Source: Prevotella sp. (lineage in GTDB: Bacteria; Bacteroidota; Bacteroidia; Bacteroidales; Bacteroidaceae). From it: DNA of 64,000 bases. The position numbers and the translations under genes are program-made. The notes below the pieces were generated by a model. The model had not been told where the DNA came from. It saw only the letters and a list, made by a program, of their open reading frames with translations, and did not search any database. Of this stretch, positions 30,028-40,464 are shown in pieces; the first letter of the stretch is position 1, and every line of letters begins with the position of its first letter. Where the stretch lies: NCBI GenBank assembly GCA_022511075.1, contig JAFLSE010000004.1, forward strand, positions 38,187 through 102,186. Direction: 5' to 3'.

Positions 30028-32577
30028 ATGAACAAGTTATACCTATCAATCGCCATCATGTTTGCAAGTATCTGCACTGCGATGGCTGTGCCAGCGAAAA
30101 AAGGTTCTATCCGTATGCAACAACCCGACGGTAGTTATGTTACAATCTGTCTACACGGCGATGAGTATCTTCATTTCAACACTACCGACGACGGATATTC
30201 CGTGGTGAAGGATAGCCGCGGTTATTACGTTTATGCAGCATTGGAAGACGGCAAGCTTGTACCAACAGCACAAGTAGCTCACGAAGTAGATGCCAGAACA
30301 GCAGAAGAAAAGGCTTATTTGCAAGAACTCAAGAAATATATGGCACCGAAAATGACACGCCCCGCTGCAGAAGAGAAGCAGGCAGAAGAAATACGCAGGG
30401 CAAAAGCCCAAGCAAAGGCTGCACGATATGACTACAACAACTTCAAAGGACTCATAATATTAGTGCAATTTAACGATAAGTCTTTCTCGCGTACAGACTA
30501 CAAGGATATCATTACAGACATGGTTAACAAAGAAGACTATACCGGATATGCTAATCAGAGTTTTACTGGAAGTGTGCGTGACTATTTCAGCGATAATTCA
30601 AATGGAAAATTCCAGCCTCACTTCGACGTAGCAGGTCCTTATACTGTTAACTATAGCCAGTATGCCGGAGGAAATCAGTATATGTCAATTATAAACGCAG
30701 CCCTGAATGCTGCCGATGCAGACGTTAACTTCAAGGATTATGACGGTGATAACAATGGCGTAGTAGACATGGTATATTTCATCGTAGCGGGCAATGGAGC
30801 TAATTACGTAGGCAATGACGAAAGGCTATGGTGGCCGCATCGCTCCATCATATGGCCTAGTATTTACAAAGACGGGGTTAGGCTTTCTGATTATGCAAGT
30901 TCTGTTGAACTTTCTGGACATATAAACTATCCGTCAACAATAAAGATAGATGGTATCGGCACTATTTGCCACGAGTTCAGTCACGTGTTGGGACTACCTG
31001 ATTTATATGATACAGACTATGAGGGAAGTGGTGGTGAGAGTCACGATCCAGACGATTGGTCGGTGATGGCTGGTGGAAGCTACAGTAACGATGGTCGCAC
31101 CCCCGTGGGCTATTCGCTCTACGAGCGCTATCTCGCTGGCTTTATTGATGAAATTCCTACCATTACTGAGGAAGGTAGCTATACATTGGATCCACTCTAC
31201 AATAGTAAAACCGGATATCGCCTTGACACACCTGTCAACAACGAGTTTTTCCTATTTGAAAATCGCCAAAAGACCATGTTTAAGTGGGATGCCTTTTTGC
31301 CTGGCAGCGGTATGTTGGTGCACCGTGTAGACCTTACAAATCAGACGGTATGGAATAACAACACTATAAACTGTAATCCTGCACACAATTATTATGAGGT
31401 AGTACGTGCCGATGGATGGAAAGGCGGAAACAATCCTTCCGATGTCTTTCCTGGAACAAAAAACGTAAGGGAGTTGACAAACGGCTCTTCGCCAGCTTCA
31501 TTAAAAACATGGGACGGACATGAAAACATTTTTGGCTTGACGAACATTAAAGCAAGTAATGGCGTGATATCATTTGACGTTAACAAAGATGTTCTCAAAA
31601 GTATCATTCTGCCAGAGAGTGCCGTAGTGGGTGTAGGTATGACATACCAGTTGGAGGCAACACGTATTCCAGACTATGCACCATATACATTTAAGTGGGA
31701 GTCATCAAACTCTGATATAGCTACCGTAAACGATGAAGGATTAGTTACAGGAGTGGCACAAGGCACAGCAACAATAACATTGACAGCCAACGAAACACTG
31801 ACAGCAACCTGCCAAGTCAAGGTAGAGCAGCTTGAAGTTGCAGACGGCATAGGCTCTTTCAAGAACCTGAAGGAAGGTGATGAGAAAATGCTTATTCTCA
31901 ACAACGCCCAAGTGTTGTTTGCAAATGAGAAAAACGTCTATCTGCGCGATGCATCGGGAGTGCTGGTGCTCGACGGAACAGAAATATCGGCAAGCCAGAA
32001 CGACATTCTTAATGGCTCAGTATATGGAAAGTTCGCAGTTGTAGACAAGATTCCATACCTACAAGCAGTGAAAGGATATACAAACAACATGGGAGTGACT
32101 GCCGTGGCAGGAAGCGAAGCCACGGCACGCGAAGTGAACATCGACAACATTGCCGACACCGACTATGCTGATCTTATAACGCTTAAAGGTGGAAGGTTTG
32201 AACGCATTGACGGAACATTATATTTGGTGACAGAGCACAAAAGTGTTCGTGTTTACAACAGATTTAATGTACGCATAACATGGCCGTTAGGCTATGTTGG
32301 CAAGTATTACGATGTGACAGGTATTATGCTCACATACAAGGAAAACGATGAACTTGTTGATGAACTTGCGATAATGCGTAATCCTATAGAAGGTGCTCCT
32401 ATTGCTGATGCAATAGACAGCATAATAACAAATGCAAATGCCGAAGTTACTGTATACACAATAGACGGCAGACTTTTAACAAAGACTACAGTTAATGAAC
32501 TTGGCAACCTTATGCTGAAGCATGGTATTTATGTAGTGAAGAGCGGCAACAAAGTTTGGAAGATTGCAAGGAAATAG
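30028..32577 (+). CDS. M6-family (immune inhibitor A-like) metalloprotease with Ig-like domain and T9SS-like tail
   Basis: QPDG...LHGDE propeptide, HEFSHVLGLPDLY, WSVMAGGSY, Big_2-like WESSNSDIATV, C-terminal VYTIDG..GIYVVK. Confidence 0.88.
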   Translation: MNKLYLSIAIMFASICTAMAVPAKKGSIRMQQPDGSYVTICLHGDEYLHFNTTDDGYSVVKDSRGYYVYAALEDGKLVPTAQVAHEVDARTAEEKAYLQELKKYMAPKMTRPAAEEKQAEEIRRAKAQAKAARYDYNNFKGLIILVQFNDKSFSRTDYKDIITDMVNKEDYTGYANQSFTGSVRDYFSDNSNGKFQPHFDVAGPYTVNYSQYAGGNQYMSIINAALNAADADVNFKDYDGDNNGVVDMVYFIVAGNGANYVGNDERLWWPHRSIIWPSIYKDGVRLSDYASSVELSGHINYPSTIKIDGIGTICHEFSHVLGLPDLYDTDYEGSGGESHDPDDWSVMAGGSYSNDGRTPVGYSLYERYLAGFIDEIPTITEEGSYTLDPLYNSKTGYRLDTPVNNEFFLFENRQKTMFKWDAFLPGSGMLVHRVDLTNQTVWNNNTINCNPAHNYYEVVRADGWKGGNNPSDVFPGTKNVRELTNGSSPASLKTWDGHENIFGLTNIKASNGVISFDVNKDVLKSIILPESAVVGVGMTYQLEATRIPDYAPYTFKWESSNSDIATVNDEGLVTGVAQGTATITLTANETLTATCQVKVEQLEVADGIGSFKNLKEGDEKMLILNNAQVLFANEKNVYLRDASGVLVLDGTEISASQNDILNGSVYGKFAVVDKIPYLQAVKGYTNNMGVTAVAGSEATAREVNIDNIADTDYADLITLKGGRFERIDGTLYLVTEHKSVRVYNRFNVRITWPLGYVGKYYDVTGIMLTYKENDELVDELAIMRNPIEGAPIADAIDSIITNANAEVTVYTIDGRLLTKTTVNELGNLMLKHGIYVVKSGNKVWKIARK

Positions 32578-32598
32578 TATAGCATAACGGAAAAACAA

Positions 32599-32919
32599 AT
32601 GACGCAGGAAGAGAAAGTTGAAATACAAGGAAGGATTGTTGACGTGCTGCGCACGGTGTACGACCCTGAAATACCGGTGAACATATATGAACTGGGACTT
32701 ATATACCGCATAGACGTGAGCGACGAGGGCGATGCAGAGGTGGATATGACATTCACCGCTCCGTCGTGTCCTGCGGCAGACTTCATTTTGGAAGATGTCA
32801 GGCAGAAAGTAGACAGCGTGAAAGGAGTACGCAACGCAAACATAAACCTTGTGTTTGAGCCTGCATGGGACCAAAGCATGATGAGCGAGGAAGCACGAGT
32901 GGAATTGGGATTTGAATGA
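32599..32919 (+). CDS. DUF59/SufT-like Fe-S cluster assembly protein
   Basis: LRTVYDPEIPVNIYELGLIY, TAPSCP, FEPAW. Confidence 0.85.
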   Translation: MTQEEKVEIQGRIVDVLRTVYDPEIPVNIYELGLIYRIDVSDEGDAEVDMTFTAPSCPAADFILEDVRQKVDSVKGVRNANINLVFEPAWDQSMMSEEARVELGFE

Positions 32920-33683
32920 ACAAGTCGGTATTTTTCATAAGCGACGCGCATCTCGGCTCGTGGGGAATAGAACACGGACGCATGCAGGAGCGGCGGTTGG
33001 TGCGTTTCCTTGACAACATAAAGAACAGAGCGGCGGCTGTATATCTGCTCGGTGATATGTTTGACTTTTGGTACGAATGGAAATATGCTGTGCCGAAAGG
33101 ATATACCCGCTTTCTCGGAAAGTTGTCGGAACTGACGGACATGGGTGTGGAAGTACACTACTTCACAGGCAATCACGACATATGGATGTATGGGTATCTT
33201 GAAGAGGAGTGCGGAGTAATATTACACCGCAAGCCCATAACCACGGAGATTTACGACAAAGTGTTTTTCATTGCTCACGGTGACGGACTTGGCGACCCAG
33301 ACAAAAAATTCAAGCTGATAAGAAAGGTTTTCCACAACAGGCTATGCCAACGGTTGTTCTCCACGTTGCACCCACGATGGTCGATGTGGTTTGGACTGAC
33401 ATGGGCAAAGCACAGCCGACTGAAACGTGCAGACGGCAAAGAACCGCCATACTGCGGAGAGGACAAGGAGCATCTTGTGCTTTTCACAAAAGAGTATATG
33501 AAAAGCCACCCTAACGTTGACTATTTCCTATTTGGACACAGGCACATAGAACTCGACCTCATGCTGTCGAAGAAAGTGCGCATGATGATTCTCGGCGACT
33601 GGGTAAGTCAGTTCACCTATGCAATGTTCGACGGCGAGCACCTCGTGCTCAGCGAATATGAAGAAGGAGTTTCAGAATTTTAA
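32916..33683 (+). CDS. lpxH: UDP-2,3-diacylglucosamine diphosphatase
   Basis: SDAHLG, GDMFD, GNHD, HGD, GHRH, LGDW metallophosphoesterase motifs. Confidence 0.9.
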   Translation: MNKSVFFISDAHLGSWGIEHGRMQERRLVRFLDNIKNRAAAVYLLGDMFDFWYEWKYAVPKGYTRFLGKLSELTDMGVEVHYFTGNHDIWMYGYLEEECGVILHRKPITTEIYDKVFFIAHGDGLGDPDKKFKLIRKVFHNRLCQRLFSTLHPRWSMWFGLTWAKHSRLKRADGKEPPYCGEDKEHLVLFTKEYMKSHPNVDYFLFGHRHIELDLMLSKKVRMMILGDWVSQFTYAMFDGEHLVLSEYEEGVSEF

Positions 33684-33695
33684 TACAACACAATA

Positions 33696-35642
33696 ATGTC
33701 ATATATCAAAAGATTCTTTATAATATTGTTGGCAGTCTTGGCTCTTCCACTTGTAGCCGTGGCAAAGATATGGCTGCCGCAAATGTTCCAGAACGGCATG
33801 GTATTGCAGCGCAACCAAACTGTAAACGTGTGGGGAACTGCCGAGAAGGGCGAAAGCATTATTATAAAATTCTGCGGAAAGAACTACACGACTGTTGCCA
33901 ATGGCAATGGTCAATGGAGCATACAACTGCCAAAAATGAAGGCTGGCGGTCCATACGAAATGACACTCTCTTCGTCTGCCGATGATTCTGTTATTACGAT
34001 TTCAGATGTTATGGTGGGCGATGTGTGGCTGTGTTCAGGACAGAGCAACATCGACGTAACGATAGAACGTGTATATCCGCAGTATCGTGAGGAGATTGAC
34101 AACTATAAGAACGACAATATAAGGCTTTTCCGTGTCTACACCGACTATTCCACAACGCCACGGCAAGATGTTAAGCCATCGCAGTGGCGCAGGTTGTCAA
34201 AGCAAGATGCATGGCAGTTTTCTGCCGTGGGCTATTTTCTTGCAAGGAAGATGTACGAAAAGACAGGTGTGCCACAAGGCATAATATGTAACAGCCTCGG
34301 CGGAAGCCCTATACAAGCGTGGATTCCGCTCGACTCTGTAAGGCAGATACCGCGTGACTACTACGACAACTATTTCCTTTATACCGACAGCCAATATGTG
34401 GCAGCGCAGTCTGTTGCCAACCAGAGAGCCAACGACGTATGGTTTGAACAACTCAACCAAACCGACCCTGGTGTAAAAGAAAACTGGACATCCCCATTAT
34501 ACAACGATGCGCAATGGACAGAATATGACCAATATGACAACGCATGGGCAAAAAGCGGCGGCAACAACGTCATCGGCACAATATACATGCGCCAGCACAT
34601 AACGATAGACAAGGAACACGCCGGCAAGAAAGCACAGCTGCTGCTCGGCACGCTGTTCGACATGGACTACACATTCGTGAACGGACAACAGGTTGGTGTT
34701 ACATATTATCAATATCCGCCACGCCGATATGAGATTCCCGAAGGTCTGTTGCGTGAAGGCGACAACGTGATAACTGTGCGCTTCGTGAATAAGTACGGTA
34801 TGGCACATTTCATAAAGGATAAACCATACAAGCTGGTGTTTGCTGACAACTATGAGATAGCACTCGGCAGACAGTGGAAAAGCAGGATTGGACGCATAAT
34901 GCCTCCTATGCTTGGTGGAAAACTTGACACACAAAACCAGGCATCAGTGCTTCACAACGGAATGCTAATGCCCATAGCCCCATACAGCATACTGGGAGTG
35001 GTGTGGTATCAGGGCGAATCGAACACCAACGACCCTTCAACATACGGCACTATGCTCAGAATGCTGAAGAACAACTGGCGCAGCAGGTTCACAAATCCTG
35101 AATTGCCGTTTGCAGTGGTACAGCTTGCCAACTTCATGGAGCCGTCGGCACAACCGCAAAACAGCAGCTGGGCGGCACTGCGTGAGCAGCAACGCCGTGA
35201 ATGCAATGCCGACAACAACGCCGAACTTGTGGTGGGCATAGACCTCGGCGAGGCAGTGGACATACATCCTTTGCTTAAGAAAGAGGTTGCAGAACGTTGT
35301 GCCCTTGCATTGGAAAACATGGCTTGGAGCAAGCACAACACACTCTTTCCACAGGTAACAAGCAGCAAGGTGCAGAACGGACAGGTGACAATAACCATGA
35401 ACCAAGCATTGCAGGAGGGAGAACTATATGAGTTTGAACTTGCCGCAAGCGATGGCAAATATCACAATGCCAAAGCCACGGCAAAGGGAAACATCATAAC
35501 GATAGCGTGCGAAAACGTTCCGACACCAGTATCAGTGCGTTACGCATGGAAAGACAATCCCGACAAAGCCAACTGCCGTGGACTTAAAAACAACCTGCCT
35601 GCAAGTCCGTTCGAGATTGATACCTTGATTGCAAATCAATAA
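33696..35642 (+). CDS. Sialate O-acetylesterase-family (SGNH/SASA) carbohydrate esterase, secreted
   Basis: GDVWLCSGQSN, WYQGESN, DIHP; signal peptide. Confidence 0.85.
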   Translation: MSYIKRFFIILLAVLALPLVAVAKIWLPQMFQNGMVLQRNQTVNVWGTAEKGESIIIKFCGKNYTTVANGNGQWSIQLPKMKAGGPYEMTLSSSADDSVITISDVMVGDVWLCSGQSNIDVTIERVYPQYREEIDNYKNDNIRLFRVYTDYSTTPRQDVKPSQWRRLSKQDAWQFSAVGYFLARKMYEKTGVPQGIICNSLGGSPIQAWIPLDSVRQIPRDYYDNYFLYTDSQYVAAQSVANQRANDVWFEQLNQTDPGVKENWTSPLYNDAQWTEYDQYDNAWAKSGGNNVIGTIYMRQHITIDKEHAGKKAQLLLGTLFDMDYTFVNGQQVGVTYYQYPPRRYEIPEGLLREGDNVITVRFVNKYGMAHFIKDKPYKLVFADNYEIALGRQWKSRIGRIMPPMLGGKLDTQNQASVLHNGMLMPIAPYSILGVVWYQGESNTNDPSTYGTMLRMLKNNWRSRFTNPELPFAVVQLANFMEPSAQPQNSSWAALREQQRRECNADNNAELVVGIDLGEAVDIHPLLKKEVAERCALALENMAWSKHNTLFPQVTSSKVQNGQVTITMNQALQEGELYEFELAASDGKYHNAKATAKGNIITIACENVPTPVSVRYAWKDNPDKANCRGLKNNLPASPFEIDTLIANQ

Positions 35643-35651
35643 AGCAAGGGG

Positions 35652-36905
35652 TTAGTACCTGCTGCCTGCAACCTTTGCAATCCATTCTGCCATGTCCTTC
35701 AGCACAACAGGACTGATAGTCTCTTCTATGTTGGCATATTCGTCAACAAGACCCGTAGTGCAGGACTGGAACATATGATTGAGACCGGGATATTCCCTTA
35801 CCACGTTCATCTCGTTATGGGAAAGGCAACGGCGTATTCCTGAAAGATTCAGTGAAGAAACCACCTGCACGTCGTTAGAGCCATTGAGCGCCATGACCGG
35901 GCATTTCGAGGCACTGATGTCGGCGCATGGCTCGTAGTCAATGAAGAAATTAAGCCATCGGGCATTCATCATGGCGGCGTTCGCTCGGTACTGCTCCACG
36001 GACACTATGCGTGCCGACTGCCCCATAAGCTCCGCCATTCTGTTGACTTGGGCAGTGAGTGCCGTATCGCCTTTAACTCCTATTCCTGCGAGACTTATCA
36101 CAAAATCAGCCTTGTCTTCTGCCGCGAGCATAAAGGCAATGGAAGCTCCCTCGCTGTGCCCCAAGACACCGATATTACTGAACTTGCCCTGCTGCATGAG
36201 AAACTCAACGCCCGCCTTTGCATCTTCCGCCTTGTCGCGCGTGGTGATGCCATTCGCATCACCCGTTGAACTGGCAAAGCCACGGTCGTCGTAACGTAGT
36301 GTGGCTATTCCGTGCCTCGCAAAATAGTCGGCAATGACAAGAAATGGCTTGTGGTCGAACAATTCCTCGTCCCTATTCTGCTGTCCGCTTCCAGTCACCA
36401 ACAGCACTACCGGCACTTTCCTGCCGTCCTCATATCCCACAGGATAGGCGAGCGTTCCTGCAAGCATGGCGTTTGCATCTGCGTTTACGAACTTCACTTC
36501 CTCGGTCTTGTAAGGGAATGGCGCAACAGGTGTCTGCGGTCTGTTCCTTTCCTTCATTCCTGCCTCAAGCTGTAACGGCAGATTCATGCCGCCTTGCGTA
36601 AAAGTTCCCTTGATAACATTTCCCAACAACTTGCCGGCATATGTCATGCCTATAATCGGCGCGCTGACATTCAGGGAGTCTTCAGAAAGGTGGTTTACCA
36701 CAGCCGTAATGCCTTTCGCTCCTTGGTCAGGACTGTCCAACGTACATACGTCGTTCCCGTTATTGTCCTGCGACAAGTGAAACACTGTGGTCAGTTTCTG
36801 CGGTCCTACCTCAAGCACTCCCGACCAAGTGCCGCTTATCTTCTGCGCACAGCAAGGCAATGCTGCCAACATCATAATGGCAATGATTATTCCCTTAATC
36901 TTCAT
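35652..36905 (-). CDS. Secreted alpha/beta hydrolase
   Basis: Signal peptide, GSGQQNRDEE, GHSEG nucleophile elbow, LNHMFQ. Confidence 0.8.
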   Translation of the reverse strand: MKIKGIIIAIMMLAALPCCAQKISGTWSGVLEVGPQKLTTVFHLSQDNNGNDVCTLDSPDQGAKGITAVVNHLSEDSLNVSAPIIGMTYAGKLLGNVIKGTFTQGGMNLPLQLEAGMKERNRPQTPVAPFPYKTEEVKFVNADANAMLAGTLAYPVGYEDGRKVPVVLLVTGSGQQNRDEELFDHKPFLVIADYFARHGIATLRYDDRGFASSTGDANGITTRDKAEDAKAGVEFLMQQGKFSNIGVLGHSEGASIAFMLAAEDKADFVISLAGIGVKGDTALTAQVNRMAELMGQSARIVSVEQYRANAAMMNARWLNFFIDYEPCADISASKCPVMALNGSNDVQVVSSLNLSGIRRCLSHNEMNVVREYPGLNHMFQSCTTGLVDEYANIEETISPVVLKDMAEWIAKVAGSRY

Positions 36906-36997
36906 TTTCCGTAGTTTTTTAAGTTACTTCGCTTCGTTGTTATTCTCTTGCAAAGATACCACTATTTTGTTAATAAAGCAAATATTTTGCGGAAATA

Positions 36998-39070
36998 TTA
37001 TTGCGCAAAAGGCAGCGACAAAGCCATTCCTGCCATTACCCAAGTGCCTGGCTGTGGAATATTGCCAAAGTCAACGTATGTCTTGTTGAGAAGATTGTTT
37101 GCCTCTACATATATATTATATGTGTTGGCGTTCCAACCGAGACGTGCGTCAATGATTCCGTATGGCTTATAGTCGTGGACAATGCCGCTGGTGTCGGTAT
37201 AGCTGCCCGTTCGTTCTTGGAAACGATAGTTAAGCGACATATCCAATTGTCGCCACAAGTGCAATTGCAGATTACACACAAGTTTATGGCGCAGATATTC
37301 CAACGTTGACTGGCTCTGAATACCGTCTGTCTCTACCTTGTCCTGGTCAATGTAACTATAAGCGACATCTAATTTCTTCAGGATACGTTGCAAGGGCATA
37401 AGTTCCTGAAAGTTCAACGCCAAGGAAGCCTCCACACCAATAGCATTTATCTTAGTGAAGTTCACCGACTCCCACGGAGCATCGGCATCATCGGTGCGTA
37501 TTATCCAGTCTATCATATTCCTGCAATGATTGCGGTAAACATTAACACTTCCGTTAATGGCACGGGAGGAATATTTAACCCCTGCCTCGAAAGCCGAAAG
37601 TTCCTCTGGCTTAAGATATTTGTCTGCCTTATGACCGCCAACTGAATAGTAGAGTTCCGTAACGGAAGGCATTCGCAGCGAGGTGTTATAACTGGCATAG
37701 AGTTTAACATTATCGCCTATGCGCCAACTTGCATCAACGCCTGGATAGACTCGCATGGAAGCCTCGTTCCAAGAGTTCTTCACCGCAACGATACCTGCCG
37801 AAAGAGTGAAATGCCTTAACAACACGTTGTGCTCAAACACAAAACTGATGTTGGTGCGGTTTAGTCCATATTCATATTGGCGTTCAGTGCCGTGGATATT
37901 CCTCGGTCTCGACAAAGGTTCACCGAGATTGCTGCTCACCAAATCTTCGTTGCGCAGTTCTGCACCGAGTGCCGTGCGCCCCAGAGTCCAGTCGAAATAG
38001 GTGTTGAGATTCACACCATATACATCCGTGCGGTGATAGTTGAAAGGATAGGTATCGGGAGCATCGCGAAACAATTCAAACCTGTCGTTGGTATGATTCC
38101 AGTAAATTGACGGTTTCAAATGGAAACGCCCATGCTTGCTCTCGGCGTATATGGCTGTATAGGTTTTCAGGATATTCTCGTACTGGTCGTCCCAACTTGC
38201 CCCGTAGAAAGTGTTAGAGCCAAATCCTTTTGTACTAAGTCCTGCGTGCCAGCCAACGTTCACATCATCGTCTGCGTAACTGCCCTGCCAGAACACCTTG
38301 CCGCCATTGTAGTCAGCATTCAGACCGCCAGACTTGTTGCGACTGTAGCCGTCGCTGCGGATATAGCCTGCCGAAAGGCTGTTGGCAAGAGCCTTTGAGC
38401 CGCAGGCAATACGTGCACCCACGTTGAGATAGCCGTATGAGCCACCCTCCAAGTGGGCATCCACTCCTGCCCCACCCTGCTTTGTAACGATGTTTATCGC
38501 ACCAAGCAACGACGACGTGCCATAGACTCTTCCGGCAGGACCTTCGAGCACTTCAATGCGCTCAATATCACTGATGTCAACGGGAAGTTCAAAGACATTG
38601 TGTCCCGTCTGCGGGTCGCAGATGTTAATGCCATTCAGCAGTATCGTCACTTGCTCGTAGTTGCCGCCACGTAGTCCGATGTCCGTTTGCGCCCCAATAG
38701 GTCCGCGCTGCCGCACGTCCACGCCCACGGCGTATTTCAGCAAGTCGTTAACACTTTGCACAGGAGCCTGCTGAATGTCGGCACGCTCCAGCACAGTTAC
38801 CATTCTCGCAGCCTGACTTCTTGTCAGTGGCGCCCTCGAGCCTGTCACGGCGACTTCCTCGAGCATCATCTCCCTTGCTGTGGAAACGGCTACGGAGTCG
38901 GTCACCACGGGATTCGTGCTGACACTCTCCGCCGAGGCGTGTGTAAGCGTTGCCACTGACAACACACTGCACACCACCTCACGCCCCAAGCAACTGAAGA
39001 GCGAGTATCCCTTGTTTCCGAAACGTCGGAAAACGAATACTTGGCGCATGTTGAATGCTGGTCTGTACAT
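36998..39070 (-). CDS. TonB-dependent receptor (BtuB-like single-component type)
   Basis: EEVAVTG TonB box, plug with RIEVLEGP..YG..GAINIVT. The supplied ORF reads through the tRNA, so start was set at MYRPAF (39070). Confidence 0.88.
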   Translation of the reverse strand: MYRPAFNMRQVFVFRRFGNKGYSLFSCLGREVVCSVLSVATLTHASAESVSTNPVVTDSVAVSTAREMMLEEVAVTGSRAPLTRSQAARMVTVLERADIQQAPVQSVNDLLKYAVGVDVRQRGPIGAQTDIGLRGGNYEQVTILLNGINICDPQTGHNVFELPVDISDIERIEVLEGPAGRVYGTSSLLGAINIVTKQGGAGVDAHLEGGSYGYLNVGARIACGSKALANSLSAGYIRSDGYSRNKSGGLNADYNGGKVFWQGSYADDDVNVGWHAGLSTKGFGSNTFYGASWDDQYENILKTYTAIYAESKHGRFHLKPSIYWNHTNDRFELFRDAPDTYPFNYHRTDVYGVNLNTYFDWTLGRTALGAELRNEDLVSSNLGEPLSRPRNIHGTERQYEYGLNRTNISFVFEHNVLLRHFTLSAGIVAVKNSWNEASMRVYPGVDASWRIGDNVKLYASYNTSLRMPSVTELYYSVGGHKADKYLKPEELSAFEAGVKYSSRAINGSVNVYRNHCRNMIDWIIRTDDADAPWESVNFTKINAIGVEASLALNFQELMPLQRILKKLDVAYSYIDQDKVETDGIQSQSTLEYLRHKLVCNLQLHLWRQLDMSLNYRFQERTGSYTDTSGIVHDYKPYGIIDARLGWNANTYNIYVEANNLLNKTYVDFGNIPQPGTWVMAGMALSLPFAQ

Positions 39071-39103
39071 TTTGTTTACCTTAATAAGAAAATAAATATA
39101 ACG

Positions 39104-39129
39104 AAAATGGACTCCACAAAGGAAGTCCA
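39104..39129 (-). terminator. Terminator-like hairpin downstream of tRNA-Lys
   Basis: Minus strand TGGACTTCC-TTTGT-GGAGTCCA-TTTT. Confidence 0.55.
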
Positions 39130-39141
39130 CGCATTTTCTTG

Positions 39142-39214
39142 TGATCCGCTTGGGGCTCGAACCCAAGACCCCAACATTAAAAGTGTTGTGCTCTACCTGC
39201 TGAGCTAGCGGATC
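39142..39214 (-). tRNA. tRNA-Lys(UUU), CCA not encoded
   Basis: GATCCGC/GCGGATC acceptor stem, TAGCTCAG D arm, CAACA-CT-TTT-AA-TGTTG anticodon arm, GGTTCGAG T loop; -7 box TACCTTTG at 39250-39243. Confidence 0.97.
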
Positions 39215-39362
39215 TACCGGTTGTCTTTTTTCAAAGCGAGTGCAAAGGTACGGTGTTTTTTTCAAATATCCAAATTATTTGGCGTTTTTTTTCCTTTTGC
39301 CTAATATTTAGCCCATTTTACCACAAAACTCTCTATAGGCATATTCATTGGGGTACACTTGC

Positions 39363-40439
39363 CTACTCGTTCTCATGCTCCTTTGTAACATATCGCTGAT
39401 AATAAAGCATTATCAGGGTTGTGAGCGGCAGGGCAATGATTAGTCCGATAAAGCCAAGGAGTGCGCCCCACACGGAGAGGGAAAGGAGAAGGATGGCAGG
39501 ATTGAGCCCCATTGCCTTGCCCATGATGCGCGGAGTGAGCACCATATCGGTGATGAGCTGCACAATGAGGAACACACCCATTGCCGAGCCGAAGATGAGC
39601 CAAAAGCTCTGCCCTGTGTCAACTGCCTTGAGCAGGGAGAGGAAAAGGATTGGCACGAGCGCAAGGGAATGGACATAGGGCACAAGGCTCATGACACCTA
39701 TCATGATTCCCATGCCTATTGCCATTGGGAAACCAATTAGGGTAAAACCTATGCAGAAAAGTATGCCTATACACAAAGCCACGAGACTCTGACCGCGGAC
39801 ATAACTGTTGAGATAGCCCGACATATCGTGCATCAACGAGCGAACAAAGCGGCGGTTTTTCTTTGGGAAAATCTTTACGAAACCTTCGGCAAGCACCTCG
39901 TAGTCGAGGAGAATGAAGAAGGTATATATGAGGGTGATGAACGAGGCTATGATGCTGATGATGATGTGGGTGGTGCGGCTGAGCATGGAAAAGACCTGTG
40001 GCATCACCTTTTGCACAGCCTCGGAGAAGTCCTTGCTATGGAGCATCTTGTCTATCTGGTAGCTGTGTCCTATAAACCAATCCTCGATGGCGTTGGGAAT
40101 GGAACTGATGTGCGTGGTCTTCTGAACATATGCGGCAACCAACTGCGTGAGTTTGTCGAACTGGTCAACCATCGGGGGGATTATGAGATAGAGACCTCCC
40201 CAAATGACAGCCACAACGGTGACGAACGTGGCTATAATAGAAAGTGCTCGCGACTTGAGACGAAGTTTGTATTGGAAAAACGTAACCAGCGGATAGAGCA
40301 GATAGGCAAGCAACCACGCCACAAAGAACGGCAGAAGCACCGAACTGAGATAGTTCATAGTGAAAAGAATGATTGCCACAAGCAATGCGGCAAGCAACCA
40401 GCGCACAAAGCGGTCGAAAGTGATTACCTTGTCTATCAT
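39363..40439 (-). CDS. AI-2E (UPF0118/PerM) family membrane transporter
   Basis: LPFFVAWLLAYLLYP, YVRGQ, LTPRIMGKAMGLNP, GALLGFIGLIIALP; start moved to MIDKV. Confidence 0.88.
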   Translation of the reverse strand: MIDKVITFDRFVRWLLAALLVAIILFTMNYLSSVLLPFFVAWLLAYLLYPLVTFFQYKLRLKSRALSIIATFVTVVAVIWGGLYLIIPPMVDQFDKLTQLVAAYVQKTTHISSIPNAIEDWFIGHSYQIDKMLHSKDFSEAVQKVMPQVFSMLSRTTHIIISIIASFITLIYTFFILLDYEVLAEGFVKIFPKKNRRFVRSLMHDMSGYLNSYVRGQSLVALCIGILFCIGFTLIGFPMAIGMGIMIGVMSLVPYVHSLALVPILFLSLLKAVDTGQSFWLIFGSAMGVFLIVQLITDMVLTPRIMGKAMGLNPAILLLSLSVWGALLGFIGLIIALPLTTLIMLYYQRYVTKEHENE

Positions 40440-40464
40440 AGTATTTTCCCTGGCTTTTATGTGG

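Noticed and set aside
39142-39214. tRNA as an integration site
   Set aside because: No integrase nearby and no duplicated tRNA 3' end seen in the window.
39071-39265. 65-aa N-terminal extension of the TonB receptor in the ORF track
   Set aside because: It is the tRNA-Lys gene and its promoter read in an open frame.
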